This document shows, in pieces, positions 32,020 through 45,190 of a stretch of DNA of 64,000 nt. Location of the stretch: contig JABVCE010000002.1 of NCBI GenBank assembly GCA_014905635.1, forward strand, positions 682,001 to 746,000. The letters are read 5' to 3'. This DNA is from Scenedesmus sp. PABB004. Lineage: Eukaryota. The notes below the pieces were generated by a model, which did not search any database, was not told the DNA's origin, and saw nothing but the letters and a program-made list of their open reading frames with translations. Within the stretch, counting starts at the first letter, position 1; every line of letters begins with the position of its first letter. The position numbers and the translations under genes were made by a program.

Positions 32020-35000
32020 ATGCGGCGCAAGCAGGACGCGCCCCAGCGCGTGGGGGACGCGCGTCGGACGGATGTGTCCGACAGCTCCGATGACACGGAG
32101 TCCGGGGCGACGAGCCAGGGGGAGGAGGCGGCGCCGCTCGGCGAGCAGCGGGAGCCACGCGCGCTGATGCCCGGCGCGCCCCTGCGCGCGCCCGCGGCGA
32201 CGCACGCTGTCATGGCGGAGATCACGGTCGCCACGCGCGGCGCCGTCGCGGAGGGCGGCGCGGACGGCAGCGGCGCGTCGCCGCCGCACGTCGACGTGCA
32301 GGCGGTCGACTGGGGCGCCCCCGCGCGCCAGCCGCCGCCACGGTGCAGTGGTGGCGGCGTGCGGTGGAGCCTGAGGAGGACCTCCTGGTGGAGCTCACCT
32401 GGCACCACGGCGGCGCGCTGCACAAGGTGCGGCACCCGCAAACAGCGCAGCGCAGCGCGCGCCCCTGGTGCGCCCTCGGACGCCCCGTGCCGCGCACGTG
32501 CGCCGCCTGCGCAGGTCGCGATCGAGCTGCGCGAAGATCACAGGGACGACCTGCTGGATCTGCTGCGGCGCGGCCACGTCGGCATCAGCGTGCAGCCGCT
32601 GCCAGGCGGCGCTGGCGGCGCGCAGGCGTCGGAGGCCGAGTCCGCGGCCCAGTTCGTCACCACCAGCGCGCCCAGCCGCCTGCAGGCGCTGGGCTGCGAC
32701 CTGGTGTGCCCGCCGAGCGGCAGCGCCGCGCGCCGCGCGTGGGAGGCGTGCGAGCGCGCAGGCGAGGGCGAGGCCGACCAGCCGCTGCGGCCGGCGCGGC
32801 ACGTGTCGCTGTTTGCCGCGGCGGCGGGCGTGGGGGCGGCGGAGGCCGCGGAGGCGGCGGCAGACGCCGCGGAGGCCGAGGCCGAGGTCGAGGGCGCAGA
32901 GGCGGCGGCGGGCGCCGCCGCTGCCGCCGCGGCCGCCGCGGCGGGCGAGCTGACGCTGTGGCGGCTGGCGGTCGGGCTGACCGAGGGCGGCGAGGCCGCG
33001 TTCGCGGCGCAGCACGCCGAGGCACGCCAGCGCTGGCGCAGCCTGCTGCCGCTGTGGGAGTGGCTCTGCCCGCACTGGGTGCCGCACCTCACCGTGCGCG
33101 GCACCGACGCCGCCTTTGACGCGGCGGAGCTCTACTCCGCCGTCAAGCCCCGCGGCGACGAGCCCATGCTGCAGCACGCGCCCGCCGACCTGCGCCCAGA
33201 GCTGAGGCCGTACCAGCGGCGCGCGGTCGCGTGGATGCTGGCGCGCGAGGGGCAGGCCCTGCCGGGGGCCGGCGCCGCCGCTGCGCCGCGCCTGCACGCG
33301 CTGTGGCGCGCGGCTGCGCTGCTGCCGGCCGCGGCGACGCCGCCGGCCGCGAGCCGCGCCGGGGCGGCGCGCACCCCGCTCTGGGGCAGCGCCAGCAGCC
33401 TCGAGAGCAAGCAGGCCAACGGCGCGGGCAGCAGCAGCCCGGGCGCCAGCAGCGGCGCCAGCGGCGGCGAGGGCGCGGCCACGCCGGAGCCGGCGCTGGC
33501 GCAGCTGTTTGTCTGCCCCTTCACTGGCTTGGTGGCGCGCGAGCCCTTCGCGGAGCAGCCGGTGCTGGGAGGTGCGGCCGGGGCACGCCGACGGCGCGCG
33601 CGCGCGCGCTGCGCTCTGACCGGGCCGGCGCGCCCACGCGCGGGCGCCGCTGCCTGCCCCCGCCGCGCTGCCAGGCATTTTGGCAGACGAGATGGGTCTG
33701 GGCAAGACGGTGGAGCTCCTCGCGCTCATCAGCAGCCACAAGCTGGCGGGCAAGGAGCCGGACCAGCAGGCCGGCGGCCAGCGGGCGCGCGGCGCGCGCG
33801 CGGCGCGCGCGGCCGCGCCGGCCGCCGCGCCCGCCGCCGCGCCCGCGCAGGGCCGCCGCGCCGGCGGCGCGCACTGCGCGCGCTGCGGCGACCCTCTGCG
33901 TCAGGCCCGGTACAACAAGGACGGCTGGCTGCAGGACGGCGCTGGCGCGCCGCCTGGCGCGGACGCCAGCGCGGACGCCGGCGGCAGCGACCGCCCGCAG
34001 AAGCGCCAGGCCGGCAGCAAGCGCGGGCGGTCGCCGGCGCCCGCCAGCAGCAGCAGCAGCAGCAGCAGCGGCAGCAGCGACGACGATGACGACGACGACG
34101 ACGACGACGACGACGAGCCGCCGCGCGGCCTCAGCCGCCGCAGGTCGCGGCGGCTGAGGCCGCGCCAGGGCGGCGGGCGCCGGCAGCCGCTGCACGGGGA
34201 GGGCCACCACGGCGCCAAGCGCCAGCGCCGCAGCGCCGCGCGCCAGCCGGCGCAGGAGGAGGACGAGGAGGAGGAGGACGAGGACGAGGCGGAGGAGGAG
34301 GAGGAGGCCGACTGCGACCCGGCAGCCGCGGCCGCTGCCGCCGCCGCCGGGGCGCCCCCGCCTGGCCTCTCGCCAGAGCCCTGGGGGGCCAGCGGCGAGC
34401 GCAGCGCCAGGGCGCGCCGGCGCAGCGCCTGGGGCGCCAGCTCCGCCTGGGCCGCTGCCAGCGGGAGCCAGGCCGACGGCAGCGAGGCGGGCGGTCGCCA
34501 GGCGGGCGGCAGCAAGGCGAGCGACGGCGCCGCCACTGTCGGCGCTGCCGGCCGCAAGCGCCGCCGGCAGCAGCGGGCTGGCTCACCTGACGGCGACGGC
34601 AGCGACGACGCGGCACGCGGTGACGAGGCGATGCCGCTCGCGCCAGCGGTGCGCCGCTCCGCCAAGGCCGGCGGCGGCGACCAGGGCAAGCTGTGCTCCG
34701 GCTGCCTGCGCGAGCTGGCGCTGGAGGCGGTGGAGGGCGTGTGCCGCACCACGCTGATCGTGGTGCCGTCGAGCATCCTCGTGCAGGTCTGCGGCTCGCC
34801 GCGCCGGCGGCGGCGCCGGCCGGCCAGGGCTCGCCGCGCGGCGCCGCTGGCTGCCGCCCGCCCACGCGCGCGCGCGCGCCTGCCACCCTCGCACGCGCAG
34901 TGGGTCGACGAGCTCCACAAGCACCTCCGCCCCGGCACGCTGGCGCTGAAGGTCTACCTGGGCCAGCCCCAGGCCGCCGGCGGCGCGGCGCCGCCGGCGC

Positions 35001-38000
35001 GCGGCGCCGCGGCGCCCGACGCCGCGGCCATGCGCGCGACCGCCGCGGCCTCGGCCGGCTCCGGCGTCGCGGCGGCGGTGAAGGCGGGCCAGGTGGTGAC
35101 GGCGCCGGAGCTGGCGGCCGCCGACGTGGTCGTGACCACGTATGAGGTGCTGCGGCGCGAGGTGGAGCTGCAGCCGGACGGCGAGGGCGCGCAGCGCACG
35201 CTGCGCCGCAAGAAGCGGTGCGGCGGCGCGCGAGGGCGGCCTCGGGGAAGGACGCGAGGGGATGGGAGGGCCGGGGGGCAGGCGCGCGCGCGCGCGCGCG
35301 CGCGCGGTCGCCACGGCCCTCACATGCGCCGCGCCCGCCGCGCCCGCCGCGGCTCCCCTGCCGCCGCCGCGCCAGGTACGCTGTCGTGCCTACGCCGCTC
35401 ACGCGGCTGACCTGGTGGCGGCTGGTGCTGGACGAGTCGCAGCTGGTGCAGGGCGCGAGCGCCAAGGCGGGCGCCATGGCGCGGCGCGTCAACGCGGTGC
35501 ACCGCTGGGCCGTGACAGGTGTGTTGCTGGGCGGGGGCGCCCGCCGCCGCGGCGCCGCGTGACGCTGACGCGCCGCGCCGCGCTGCGCCGCGCTGCGCCG
35601 CTGCGCTGCGTGACCGCCAGGCACGCCCATCTCGCGGGGGCTTGACGACTTGCAGGGCCTGTTGGCCTGCCTGCAGGACGACCTGTGGGCGGACAAGCGG
35701 GGCTGGTGGGAGGAAGCCATTCGGCGGCCCGTGTCGCGCGGCAACGAGGCCGGTGCGGCGCGCGCGCGCGCGCGCGCGCGGCGACGTGCGCCAGCCCGCA
35801 CCGCACGGCCTGCACCAAGCGCTGCGCCGCCGCCGCCGCCACCGCCGCCGCCGCCGCGGCCAGGCATCTCCGCGCTGCTGCGCGTGATGACGCCGCGCCG
35901 CGGCGGCCTGCTGTGGCGGACCGCCAAGGCGGACGTGCGCGCCGAGATGGGCCTGCCCGCCCAGGCGAGCCACCACACCGTGCTGCAGCTCAGCGCCATC
36001 GAGCGCCACTGGTACACGCGGTGAGGGCACGGACGCCGCGCAGCGGGGCCGCGCCGCGCACCGCCGGCGCGCGCCGCACGCGCGCCGCGCTAGCGCAGCG
36101 CCCGCCGACCCCCGCCGCTGCCGCGGCGCAGCGCGCACGCCGAGACGCAGGCCAAGGGCCGCAAGGTGCTGGAGGACGCGCTGGCGGCGGGCATTCTGGA
36201 CGCGAGCGCGGCGCTGCGGCTGCCCTTTGCGACGCAGCGCGCCGCGGCCGCGCAGCTCGCGGCCGCGGCCATCGCCGTCGCGGGCGAGGGCCGGCCGCTG
36301 CCAGCGTCGCCGGTGCCGCTGGCCCAGCTGCTCGACCGCCAGCTGTCGCCGGCGCAGCAGAAGGTGGTCCTGCTGCCGCTGCTGCGCCTGCGCCAGGCCT
36401 GCGTGCACCCCGAGGTGCGGGTGGTGCCCGGCCGCGCCGCGGCGCGCGCCGCAGCGCGCGCTCGAGCCCAACCCACCCGCCCCTCCCTCGGCCGCCCGCC
36501 CGCCCAGGTGGGCGCGGCGGGGCTGCGCTCCGCGCTGGCCGGCGTCGCCGCGGGCGGCCCCCCGCTGACCATGGACCAGATCCTGGCGGTCCTCACCTCC
36601 AAGGCGGTCACAGAGGCGGAGGACGCGCAGCGTGTGCTGCTCAGCGCGCTCAACGGCCTCGCCGCGCTGCTGCGCCTCGCCGGCGACGTTTCTGGCGCGG
36701 TCGCCGCGTACCGCGCGGGCCTCGCCGCGTGCGAGGCCAACCGCCAGGATGTGCGCACCGACCCGCTGCAGCGCCTCCACACGCTGCACAACCTCGCCGA
36801 CCTGCTCGCGGAGCTCGCGGCGCGCCAGCAGCAGCTGCAGCAGCAGCAGCAGCAGCAGCTGCTGCAGGCGCCGGGCGGCGCGGCGCCGCCGGCGCCGCCG
36901 CCCAGCGAGCCGTACGGCCCGGGCGTGCCGCGCACGCTGCGCGACGACAGCCTGGCGTCCGAGGCGGCCGAACTGCGCGACGCGTACCTCGCGCAGCGCT
37001 CCGCGGAGCTCGCGACCGCGCACGCGGCGTACCGCCGCGCCCTGCGCGACGCGCTGCCCGTGCGGCGCGGCGCCGCCGCGGGCGCCGACGGCGCGGGCAG
37101 CAGCCGGGCCGCCGCCCGCGGCGGCGCCGCGCCGCGCGGCCGCGGCAAGGCGCGCGCGGGCGGGATCAACCCCGAGTGGCAGCGCGCGCTCGTCGAGACG
37201 GGCGAGAGCGACGGCGACGACGGCGAGCTGGAGCTGACGGAGGCCGACCGCGCGGCGGCGGCCGGCGGCGACGGCGGCGACAGCGACAGCGACGGCGCCG
37301 GCGCCGGCGGCGGCCCCGCGTACGCGAGCTGGTTTGCGCCGGTCATTGACGCGCTGGAGGCGCGGGGCGAGGAGATCGTGGAGCTGGTCAAGTCGAAGCT
37401 GCAGGAGGCGGACAGCTACCGGCACCAGGCGCAGCGCAACGCGAGCAGCATCGCGCACAAGTTCAACACGCTGCCGGGGCTCAAGGCCATCATTGTCAAG
37501 GAGCTGGTGCGGGCGGCGCGCGGCGCCGCGCGGCGCCGCTGCGTGCTCCAACAGGAGCGCACCAAGCGCGCGCGCGCGCGAGTGCGCGCGCGCGCTGACC
37601 GGCCCCGGGCCCCGCTGCCGCCGCCTGCGCCCGCTGCGCCCGGGCCCCACAGGACGCGATGACGCGCAACCAGGCGGCCGCGCTGGGCGCGCTCGAGGGC
37701 CTCCAGGCCGAGCTCGGCGCGCCGGGCGGGCCGCCGGCAGGCCTCGTCGCGCAGGCGGGGCAGTGCGGGCGCTGCCGGCCAGAGATGGGCGCCGCCGGGG
37801 CGGTGTGCCGGCACTGCAGGCACGCGCGCGTGGGGGCCGCGGGCGCGCGGCGGCGGCGCTCGGGCGCGGCGCGGCGCGCGGCGCGCCGCCCGAGCCTGAC
37901 GCGCGCGCCGCGGCTGCCCCAGGCTGGACGAGGCCGTGCGCAAGTGGCAGGTGCGGCTCTTCTCGCTCCACACGCGCGCGCTCGCGGCGGGAGCCACCGT

Positions 38001-40371
38001 CGACGCGGACGAGGCCGCGGACCAGGCGCAGCTGGCGGCGCAGCGCCGCATCGGGCGCGGCGGGCTCAACGAGCAGGCGAACGAGGACGGCGGCGGCGCG
38101 CCGGCGGGCGGCGCGGGCGCGCGGCGGCAGGGCGCGGTCGTGTCCGAGTCGACCGTCGTCGCGGCGCCGTCCGAGGTGGAGCGCGTGCTGCGCCTGCTGC
38201 ACCAGCAGCTCGTGCGCAGCGGCCTGGCCAGGTGCGGCCGGGCGGCGCGCTGCGCCGCACGCCGCAGCATGCGCCACGCCCGCAGCCGCGACGCCGCACG
38301 CGACCCCCGCCGCCGCAGGTCGCTGCCGGGCGCGGCCGAGGCGGCGGCGACGCACCTGGGGCGCCTCGAGGGCACGCGCCGCCTGTTTGGCTCCGCGGGC
38401 GCGCTGGCCGGCGCGCAGCGGGGGCTGCTGTACGCGCACGACGAGGTCGCCATGAGCCTCACGCGCATGATGGCGCGCGCCGACGGCGAGCAGGTGACGC
38501 GCCGCCCGCGCGCGCGCCCCGCCTCGCCCTCACAGCCGCTGCCCTCCCCCCGCACCCGCGCCCTCGCTCTGACGCCGCGGCACGCCCGCGCGCGCACGCG
38601 TGTCGCGGCGGCGGCGCGCCCCGCAGGTGACGGCGCACGAGGCGCTGTACCGGCTCACGCCCGCGGAGCAGGTGGTGCGGAACGGTGAGCTCTCCGCCGA
38701 ACGCACGCTCGCGGAGGGCGAGCTGCGCCGCGCGCTCGGCAAGCTGCGCTACCTGCGCACGATCGCGGCCGCGCGGCGCCGCGCCGCCGCCACCGCTGCC
38801 GCTGCCGCGGCCGCGGCCGGCGCGGCCGGCGCGCAGCCTGGCGGCGCGCCGGCCGACGGGGCGCCGGCCGCCAGCGGCGACGGCGAGCAGCGGCCGCCCG
38901 GCGGCGACGGCCAGGCGCGGGCGCGGGCGCGCGAGGGGAGCCAGCCGCCGGCGCCGGCGGCCGACGCCGGCGCGGCGCGCGCGGGCGCGCCGGAGGGAGT
39001 GCTCGGCGCCGGCGTGGAGGAGAGCTGCCCGGTCTGCCACGACGCCATCGACGCCGCCGCGGCGGTGCTGCCCTGCGCACACGGTGCGTGTGCTCCCTCC
39101 TCTCTCCTCCCTCTCTCCCCCGTCTCTCCTCCCTCTCTCCCCCGTCTCTCCTCCCTCTCTCCCCCGTCTCTCCTCCCTCTCTCCCCCGTCGCGCCGCCGC
39201 GCCGACGCGCCGCCCTGTCGCCCGCGCGCGCACAGTGCTGTGCTGTGAGTGCGCCGACGAGCTCGTCGCGCGCATCCCGCCGGGCACGCCGCAGCCGGTG
39301 CGCCGCCTGGTCTGCCCGACCTGCCGCGGCTCCGCGCACGTGAGCGAGGTCGCCTTTGTCGACGCGGCCGCGTCGCACGTGTACGTCAGCACGACCAGCG
39401 ACATCCCCGGCGCGCCGCCGGCGGCGCCCGCGCGCGGCGGCGACGCCGGCGCGGGCAGCAGCGCCGCCGCGGCCGCGCGCGCGCCGGCGTCGGGCGGTGA
39501 CGACCCCTGGGCGGCGGAGCGCGGCCTGGCGGTGTCGGGGAGCTACGGGACCAAGCTCGGCGCGGTCGTGCGGCGGCTCGCGACCGTGCTGCGCGACCCG
39601 GCCGCGAAAGTGGTCGTCTTTTCGTCCTGGCTCGCCTCGCTCGACATCCTCTCGCACGCGCTCACCGCCGAGGGCCTGCCGCACGCGTTTGGGCGCGGCC
39701 GCCAGGGCTGGCTGCGCGCGCTCGAGGAGTTCAAGGGCACGGCGCCGCCCAGCGCGCCGCGCCCGCCCACGCGCGGCGGCGGGCGTGGCGGCGGGCGCGG
39801 CGGGCGCGGCGGGCGCGGCCGCGGCCGCGGCAGGGCAGCGAGCAGGGCGGCGCGCGCGGCGCGCGAGGCGGCCGATGCGGCCGCCGACGCGGCGGCCGCG
39901 GCGGAGGCTGAGGCCGAGGCCGCGGCCGGGGGCGGCGGCGCGCCCGCGGCCGCCGCCGCCGCCGCGGCCGCGGCCGGCGCCGGCCCGCGCGCGGGCGTGC
40001 GTGCGGGCGCCGGCGGCGCGCCGCGCATCCTTCTGATGCTGGTGAGCCAGGGCGCGGCAGGCCTGAACCTGACCGAGGCTCAGCACGTGCTGCTCGTGGA
40101 GCCGCTGCTCGATCCCGCGGCCGAGCTTCAGGCCATGGGGCGTGTGGCGCGCTTTGGGCAGACCCAGCTCACGCACGTGCACCGGTTCGAGGTCGCGTCC
40201 ACGGTGGAGGAGAATGTCGCGCGCGTCGCGCGCCAGCGCGCGGCGGCGATGGACATGGAGGGCAGCGCCGCGCGGCGCGGCGACGATGACCTTTCGCTGC
40301 GCGACGTCGCGGAGCTGCTCGGCAGCCGCTGGGTGGCGGCGCCCGGCGGCGCGGGCGGCGACGGCGCGTGA
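32020..40371 (+). CDS. SHPRH: SHPRH-like SNF2 helicase / RING E3 ubiquitin ligase, multi-exon
   Basis: MRRKQDAPQR start. Motifs LRPYQRRAVAWM, GILADEMGLGKTVE, TLIVVPSSILVQ|WVDEL, DVVVTTYEVL, WWRLVLDESQ, HRWAVT|GTPI, LLRLRQACVHP and DPLQRLHTLHNL. RING CPVC...PCAH|VLCCEC...CPTCR. Helicase-C YGTKL, KVVVFSSW, GLNLTEAQHV and QAMGRVARFGQ. Confidence 0.93.
39103..39190. repeat. intronic 22-bp pyrimidine-rich tandem repeat x4 (tctcctccctctctcccccgtc)
   Basis: Four exact units inside the intron that splits the SHPRH RING finger. Confidence 0.9.
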
Positions 40372-40632
40372 GCGGGGCGTTTTAAGGCGAGTTGCCGCGC
40401 GGCGAGGACTGCTTGCGTGCGTGTTGCGCCGGCGGGCGTCGTAAAGTTGCCAGGCACGCGCGCACGGCACCTGAACCGCGCGGCAGCAAGCGAGACAGCG
40501 CGACGCCGCGCACTCCATCAGCAGCAGCGAGCGCCGCCCTCCGCCGCCGCGGCGACTGCGCTCGTGGGATCTGCTGCAGCCGCCGTGCGCTCTCTTGGGG
40601 AACCTTCCTCGCCTCCAGCTGCGTCGCGAGGC

Positions 40633-42806
40633 ATGGAGGAGGCGCAGGCGGGCGTTCTGCAGGACTTTCTCGCCATCACCGGCGTGGAGGACCCTGTGGC
40701 CGCCACCGGCGTGCTGGAGGCCTGCAACTGGGTGCTGGAGGACGCGGTCAACCTGCAGTTCGCCACCGGCGGCGACCTGGGGCACGGCGGCGGCGGGGGC
40801 GGCCCAACCGCTGGCGCCGCTGCCGCCGCCGCTGCCCCGCCCGACGACGACGACGACGTGCGCGCGCCGCTGCCCGTCGTGCGCGAGCGCCTGTACGGCG
40901 ACCACGCCGCCGGCCCGCACGGCGTGCCGGCGCTGGGCGTGGCGAGGTGAGGCGCGGCGCGGCGCGGCGGGCCGGCGCGGCGCAGCGCGGTGCGTGCCGC
41001 TGCTGCTGCATGGACACGGCCGGCGGCGCCGGCGCCCCCGCGGCGCGCCGGGACGTGGGCGGCGGCGCCGTAGCACCGGCTCCCTACGCGGCGCCCGAGC
41101 CGCCGCCCGCGCGGCGCCGCCGCGGCAGGTACGGCGCGCCGCCCGACCGCGGCCCCGCGCACGTCGACGTCTTCCGGGACTTTGGCCCCGACGGCGAGGC
41201 CGGCGGCAGCGGCGGGGCCGGCGCCGGCAGCAGCGGGGGCGGCGCGGCGCCGAAGCTGTCCGACCTGTTCAAGCCGCCCGCGGGGCTCGCGTTTGCCGGC
41301 GACTGGGCCGCCGCGGTCGCGGCCGCGGCGGCGCAGGGTCGCTGGCTGCTGGTCAACGTGCAGACGGCGGACGAGTTTGCGAGCCACCAGCTCAACCGCG
41401 ACACGTGGGGCCAGGGCCTGGTGCAGGACATGATCCGCGGCACCTTCGTCTTCTGGCAGGTGCGGCGCCCCGGCGGCCGGGCTGCTGCTGGCGACGCCGC
41501 CGCTGCTCGCCGCCCGCCGCTCACGCCTGGCGCGCCGTCCGTCCGCCGCGCCGCGCGCCGCGGCGCGCGCGCAGTGCTACGACAGCAGCGACCAGGGCAA
41601 GGAGCTGGTGGGGCGCTACCACCTGGGCGCGCTGCCGGCGACGCTCATCGTCGACCCCGTCACCGCGGCCAAGCTCTGGGAGCGGCCGGGCTTCATCGGC
41701 GCAGAGGCGCTCGTGGAGGAGCTGGTGCCCTACATGGACGTGGGTGCGTGCCCGCGGCCGCCGCGCCTGCCACGGCCGAGCAGGCGGCGCGCCACGCGCG
41801 GCGCCGGTGCGTGCGCCGCCCCGCCCCGCCGGCGACGCCGACGCCGCCCCGCCCGCGCCGCCGCGGCGCAGGGCCCAACGACCCCGGCGCGTCGGACCTC
41901 GCGCACCGCGCGTTCCAGCAGAGCGCAAAGCGCCGCAACCGAGGCGCCGGCGCCGGCGCCGGCAGCGGCCCGGGCGGCGTGATGACCGAGGACGAGCAGC
42001 TGGCGCTGGCGCTGGCCATGTCAGCAGAGGTGCGGCAGCGGCGCTGGCCCACGGGGCGGGCGCGCGGCGCCGGCTGGACACTGCGCGACACGCCGCGCGG
42101 CTCACGCCCGCCGCCCTGCGCCGCGCCGCGCTGCGCCGCGCCGCGCCGCGCCCGCAGCAGCAGCCCGGCGGCAGCGGCAGCGGTGGCGGCGGCGGCGAGG
42201 TGGCCATGGAGGAGGAGCTGGACGAGGAGGCGATCTGGCGTGAGATCCAGCGCCGCCAGCAGGAGGAGGACGCGGCCGCGGCGGCGGGGGCGGCTGGCGG
42301 CGGCGGCCAAGCGGGCGCGCCGACGGCAGCGGCGCCGGCGGCGGCGGCGGCGGCGCCGGCGCAGCCAGCGCCGGCTGAGCCCGCAGCGGGCGCTGTGGAC
42401 GTCCCAGCGCTGCAGGCGGCGGCCGCCGGCCGGCTGCCGCCCGAGCCGGCCGACGGCGCGCCCGGCAGCTGCCGCGTGGCGTTCCGGCTGCCCGACGGGC
42501 GGCGCGTGCAGCGGCGGTTCAACGCCAGCGACACCGTCGCAGCACTGCAGGTGCAGAAACGCGGCCGGCTGGCCCGCAGGCGGCGCGCGCCGGCCGCCTC
42601 GCCCGCCGCTCACTCGCCGCTCGCCCGCCGCGCACCCGCCGCTCACGCGCCGCCCGCAGGACTTCTGCGTGGCCGAGTCGGCCGAGGTCGCGGCCCTGCC
42701 GAGCTTTGCGCTCGCCGAGGCGCGGCCCGGCGCGGCGCCGCTGGAGCGGGGCGCGAGCATCGAGGCGGCGGGCGTGGCCAACGCGATGCTGGTGGTCAAA
42801 AGCTAG
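40633..42806 (+). CDS. UBX-domain p97/CDC48 adaptor (UBXN7/PUX7-like: UBA-like, UAS, UIM, UBX)
   Basis: LQDFLAITG...LEACNWVLEDAVNL; DVRAPLPVVRERL; LSDLFKPP...WLLVNVQTADEFASHQLNRDTW; MTEDEQLALALAMS (UIM); CRVAFRLPDGRRVQRRF (UBX). TAG at 42806. Confidence 0.9.
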
Positions 42807-43046
42807 CAGCTGACCGCCCGCCAGTTGGGTTGAGCGGCGCTGCAGTCGCTGCAGCTGGGGCGGTCGCGGTTGGCGCGCGCCTCGCGCAGTTGCGGTGCAC
42901 GGACGCGTGAATGAGCGGTGACACGCGCGGCGGCGCTCGGACGCGGCGCGCTCGCAGCGCCGTCGCCCGCCAGCCGCCGCCGGGGGTGCCGCACGGTGTC
43001 TCAGTGCGTTGCCTCGGCCGGCGCGTCCCGTCCCTGCCGCGCGCGC

Positions 43047-44444
43047 TCACTCGCCCTCGCTCTCATCGCTGCCGCGCTCGTTCGTGGCGTAGATGGCGCG
43101 CACGTGCGTGTGCGGGTAGCTGCGCCCGCACACCTCGCACGCCGCCGACCAGTCGCCGCGGCCCTGCGCGCGCGGGCCGGCGCAGAGGCGGCGGCGTCAG
43201 AGCGCCCGCGCGCCCGCGCTGGCGAATCCACGGGCGTGCAGCCGCGCCCGCGCGCCAGCCCCACCTGACCGCCGCCGTCGGACTCGTCGCCGCTGCTGGC
43301 GCCTGCGTCGTCGTCGGCCCCGCCTGGCCGCCGCGCGCCGCCCGCCTCGCCCTCGCCGCCGAGCAGCGCGCGGAAGCGCCGCAGGTACGACAGCACCTCC
43401 TCCTCCCAGATGTCGTGGCCGCCAAACTGGCTGAGCTGCGCGCGGCCCAGCAGCGCGCCGTCGCGGGCGACGAGCAGCGCGGGCACGCCGCCGGGCAGCT
43501 GCAGCCGCGCGACGAGCGGCGTGCCCCGCGCCACCACGACGCGCGCAAAGTAGGTGCCCCTGCGCGGCGGGCCGGCGCGGGCCTCAGCGGCGGGCAGGCG
43601 GGCGGGCGGGCGGGCGCGGGCCGGCCCACCGGCCGGCTGCCTGCGCGAGCGCGCTGCGCCGGCTGGCGGCTCGCGGCGCGCCTGTAGCGCGCCGCCGCGG
43701 CCGCGAGGGTCTCGTCCAGCGCGTTGCAGGGCTCGTGCCCCGCGACCGCGAGGTGCGCGACCAGCACGCCGCGCCCGGGCGGCTCCGCCAGCAGGCCCTG
43801 CGGCGCGGCGGGCGCGACGCGTGTCGGCGCCGTGCGGCGGGCGCGCCCGAGAGCCTGCGCGCCGCGCGCCGCGCCGCCGCGCGCCGCGCACCAGCAGCTT
43901 GCCCTCGGGCACGTCGTTCAGGCTGCCCAGCCCCGCGCGCGCGCCCGCCGCCTGCGCCGCCGCCGCGGCGCGCAGCTGCGCGAGCCGCGCGGCGCGCAGC
44001 GCGGCCAGCTCGCCCTCGCCGCCGCCGGGCTCGCGCGGCTGCGCCGCCGAGCCGTCCGCGGCCGCGGCTGCGGCAGCTGCGGCAGCTGCGTCGGCGTCGG
44101 CGGCGTCCGCGGCCGCGGCCGCGGCCGCGACCACGCCCGCGTCGCGCACGACCGCGGCCGCCGCCGCGCGCGTGCGCGCGTCCACGCGGTCTGCCGCCTG
44201 CAGGCACGCGCGGATGCGCTCGCGCGCGATCTGGTCGTCCAGGTCGCGCCTGCGCCCGGCGCGGGCGGCGCGGGCGGGCGTGGGTGGGCGCGGCGCCGCT
44301 GCGGAGCGCGCCTGCGGTGCGGCGCCCGCGCGCGCGCCTGCAGCACTGGTCCAGCGTCGGGTCGAGCGCCATGTCCTGCAGCTCCTCGATCAGCGCCTCC
44401 GTCCGGCGCTGCGCCGCGCTCGCCGGCGGCGCCGGGGCGGCCAT
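43047..44444 (-). CDS. phosducin-like / thioredoxin-fold protein with C-terminal CxxC-x4-HxH motif, 5 exons
   Basis: CCR|RDLDDQ; ELAALRAARLAQL...GLGSLNDVPE; LVAHLAV...CNALDETLAAAAARYR|GTYFARV...LPGGVPALLVARDG; final exon CEVCGRSYPHTHVRAIY...EGE*. Confidence 0.75.
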
Positions 44445-44866
44445 TTCGCTGGGCGGCGCTGCTGCCGCGCCGCCGCCGCCGCCGCGGGGCGTGCTGGGGC
44501 GCGCCGCCGCGGCCTCCGGCGCTACGACGGCCCCACGGGTGCGCCCGGGGTGCCGTGCGGGCGGACCCGGGGGCTGTGGGCGCGCAGCAGCGGCCAAGTG
44601 ATGGCGGGGCCCCTTGCACGCAAGCACAACTGCGCGCGCGGCGATCGCGCGCCAGTCGCGACGGTTGTGAGACGACGCGAGCCCGCACCCAGCGAGGCCG
44701 CGCGGGTTTTCAGTCGACCGCCCCGACCGCCGGCCTCCCTGCTGCTCAGGCGCTCTCGCCCTGCCGCCCCCCCTCACGCCAATTTGCGGCGCCCCCGACA
44801 CCGCGACCACCCGCACCACACCCGCCCGCGCGCACCGCTGATTGGCCGGAGCAGGCCGCCGCCAGC

Positions 44867-45190
44867 ATGCAGGTCGCCAGCCTGCGCCGCGCTTCCGGCG
44901 TGCGCGCCGCGCCGGCCAGCCGCGCGTCCACCGTCGTGGTGCGGGCGGTGCAGGACCTGCAGGGCAAGGTGGTGAGCACGGGCATGAAGAACAGCTGCGT
45001 CGTGGCCGTGGAGCGCCTCTCCACGCACGACAAGTACTTCAAGCGCGTGCGCATCACCAAGAACTACATCGCCCACGCCGACGGCTCCGTCCCGGCCGCC
45101 GTGGGCGACTACGTGCGGCTGGAGGGGTGCCGGCCGCTCTCAAAGAACAAACGCTTCAGGCTGGCCGAGGTGATCCGCAAGGCCGAGTGA
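44867..45190 (+). CDS. PRPS17: plastid 30S ribosomal protein S17 (uS17c) with transit peptide
   Basis: Transit peptide ending VVVRA, then LQGKVVSTGMKNSCVVAVER...KYFKRVRITKNYIAH...VGDYVRLEGCRPLSKNKRF. Confidence 0.95.
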   Translation: MQVASLRRASGVRAAPASRASTVVVRAVQDLQGKVVSTGMKNSCVVAVERLSTHDKYFKRVRITKNYIAHADGSVPAAVGDYVRLEGCRPLSKNKRFRLAEVIRKAE

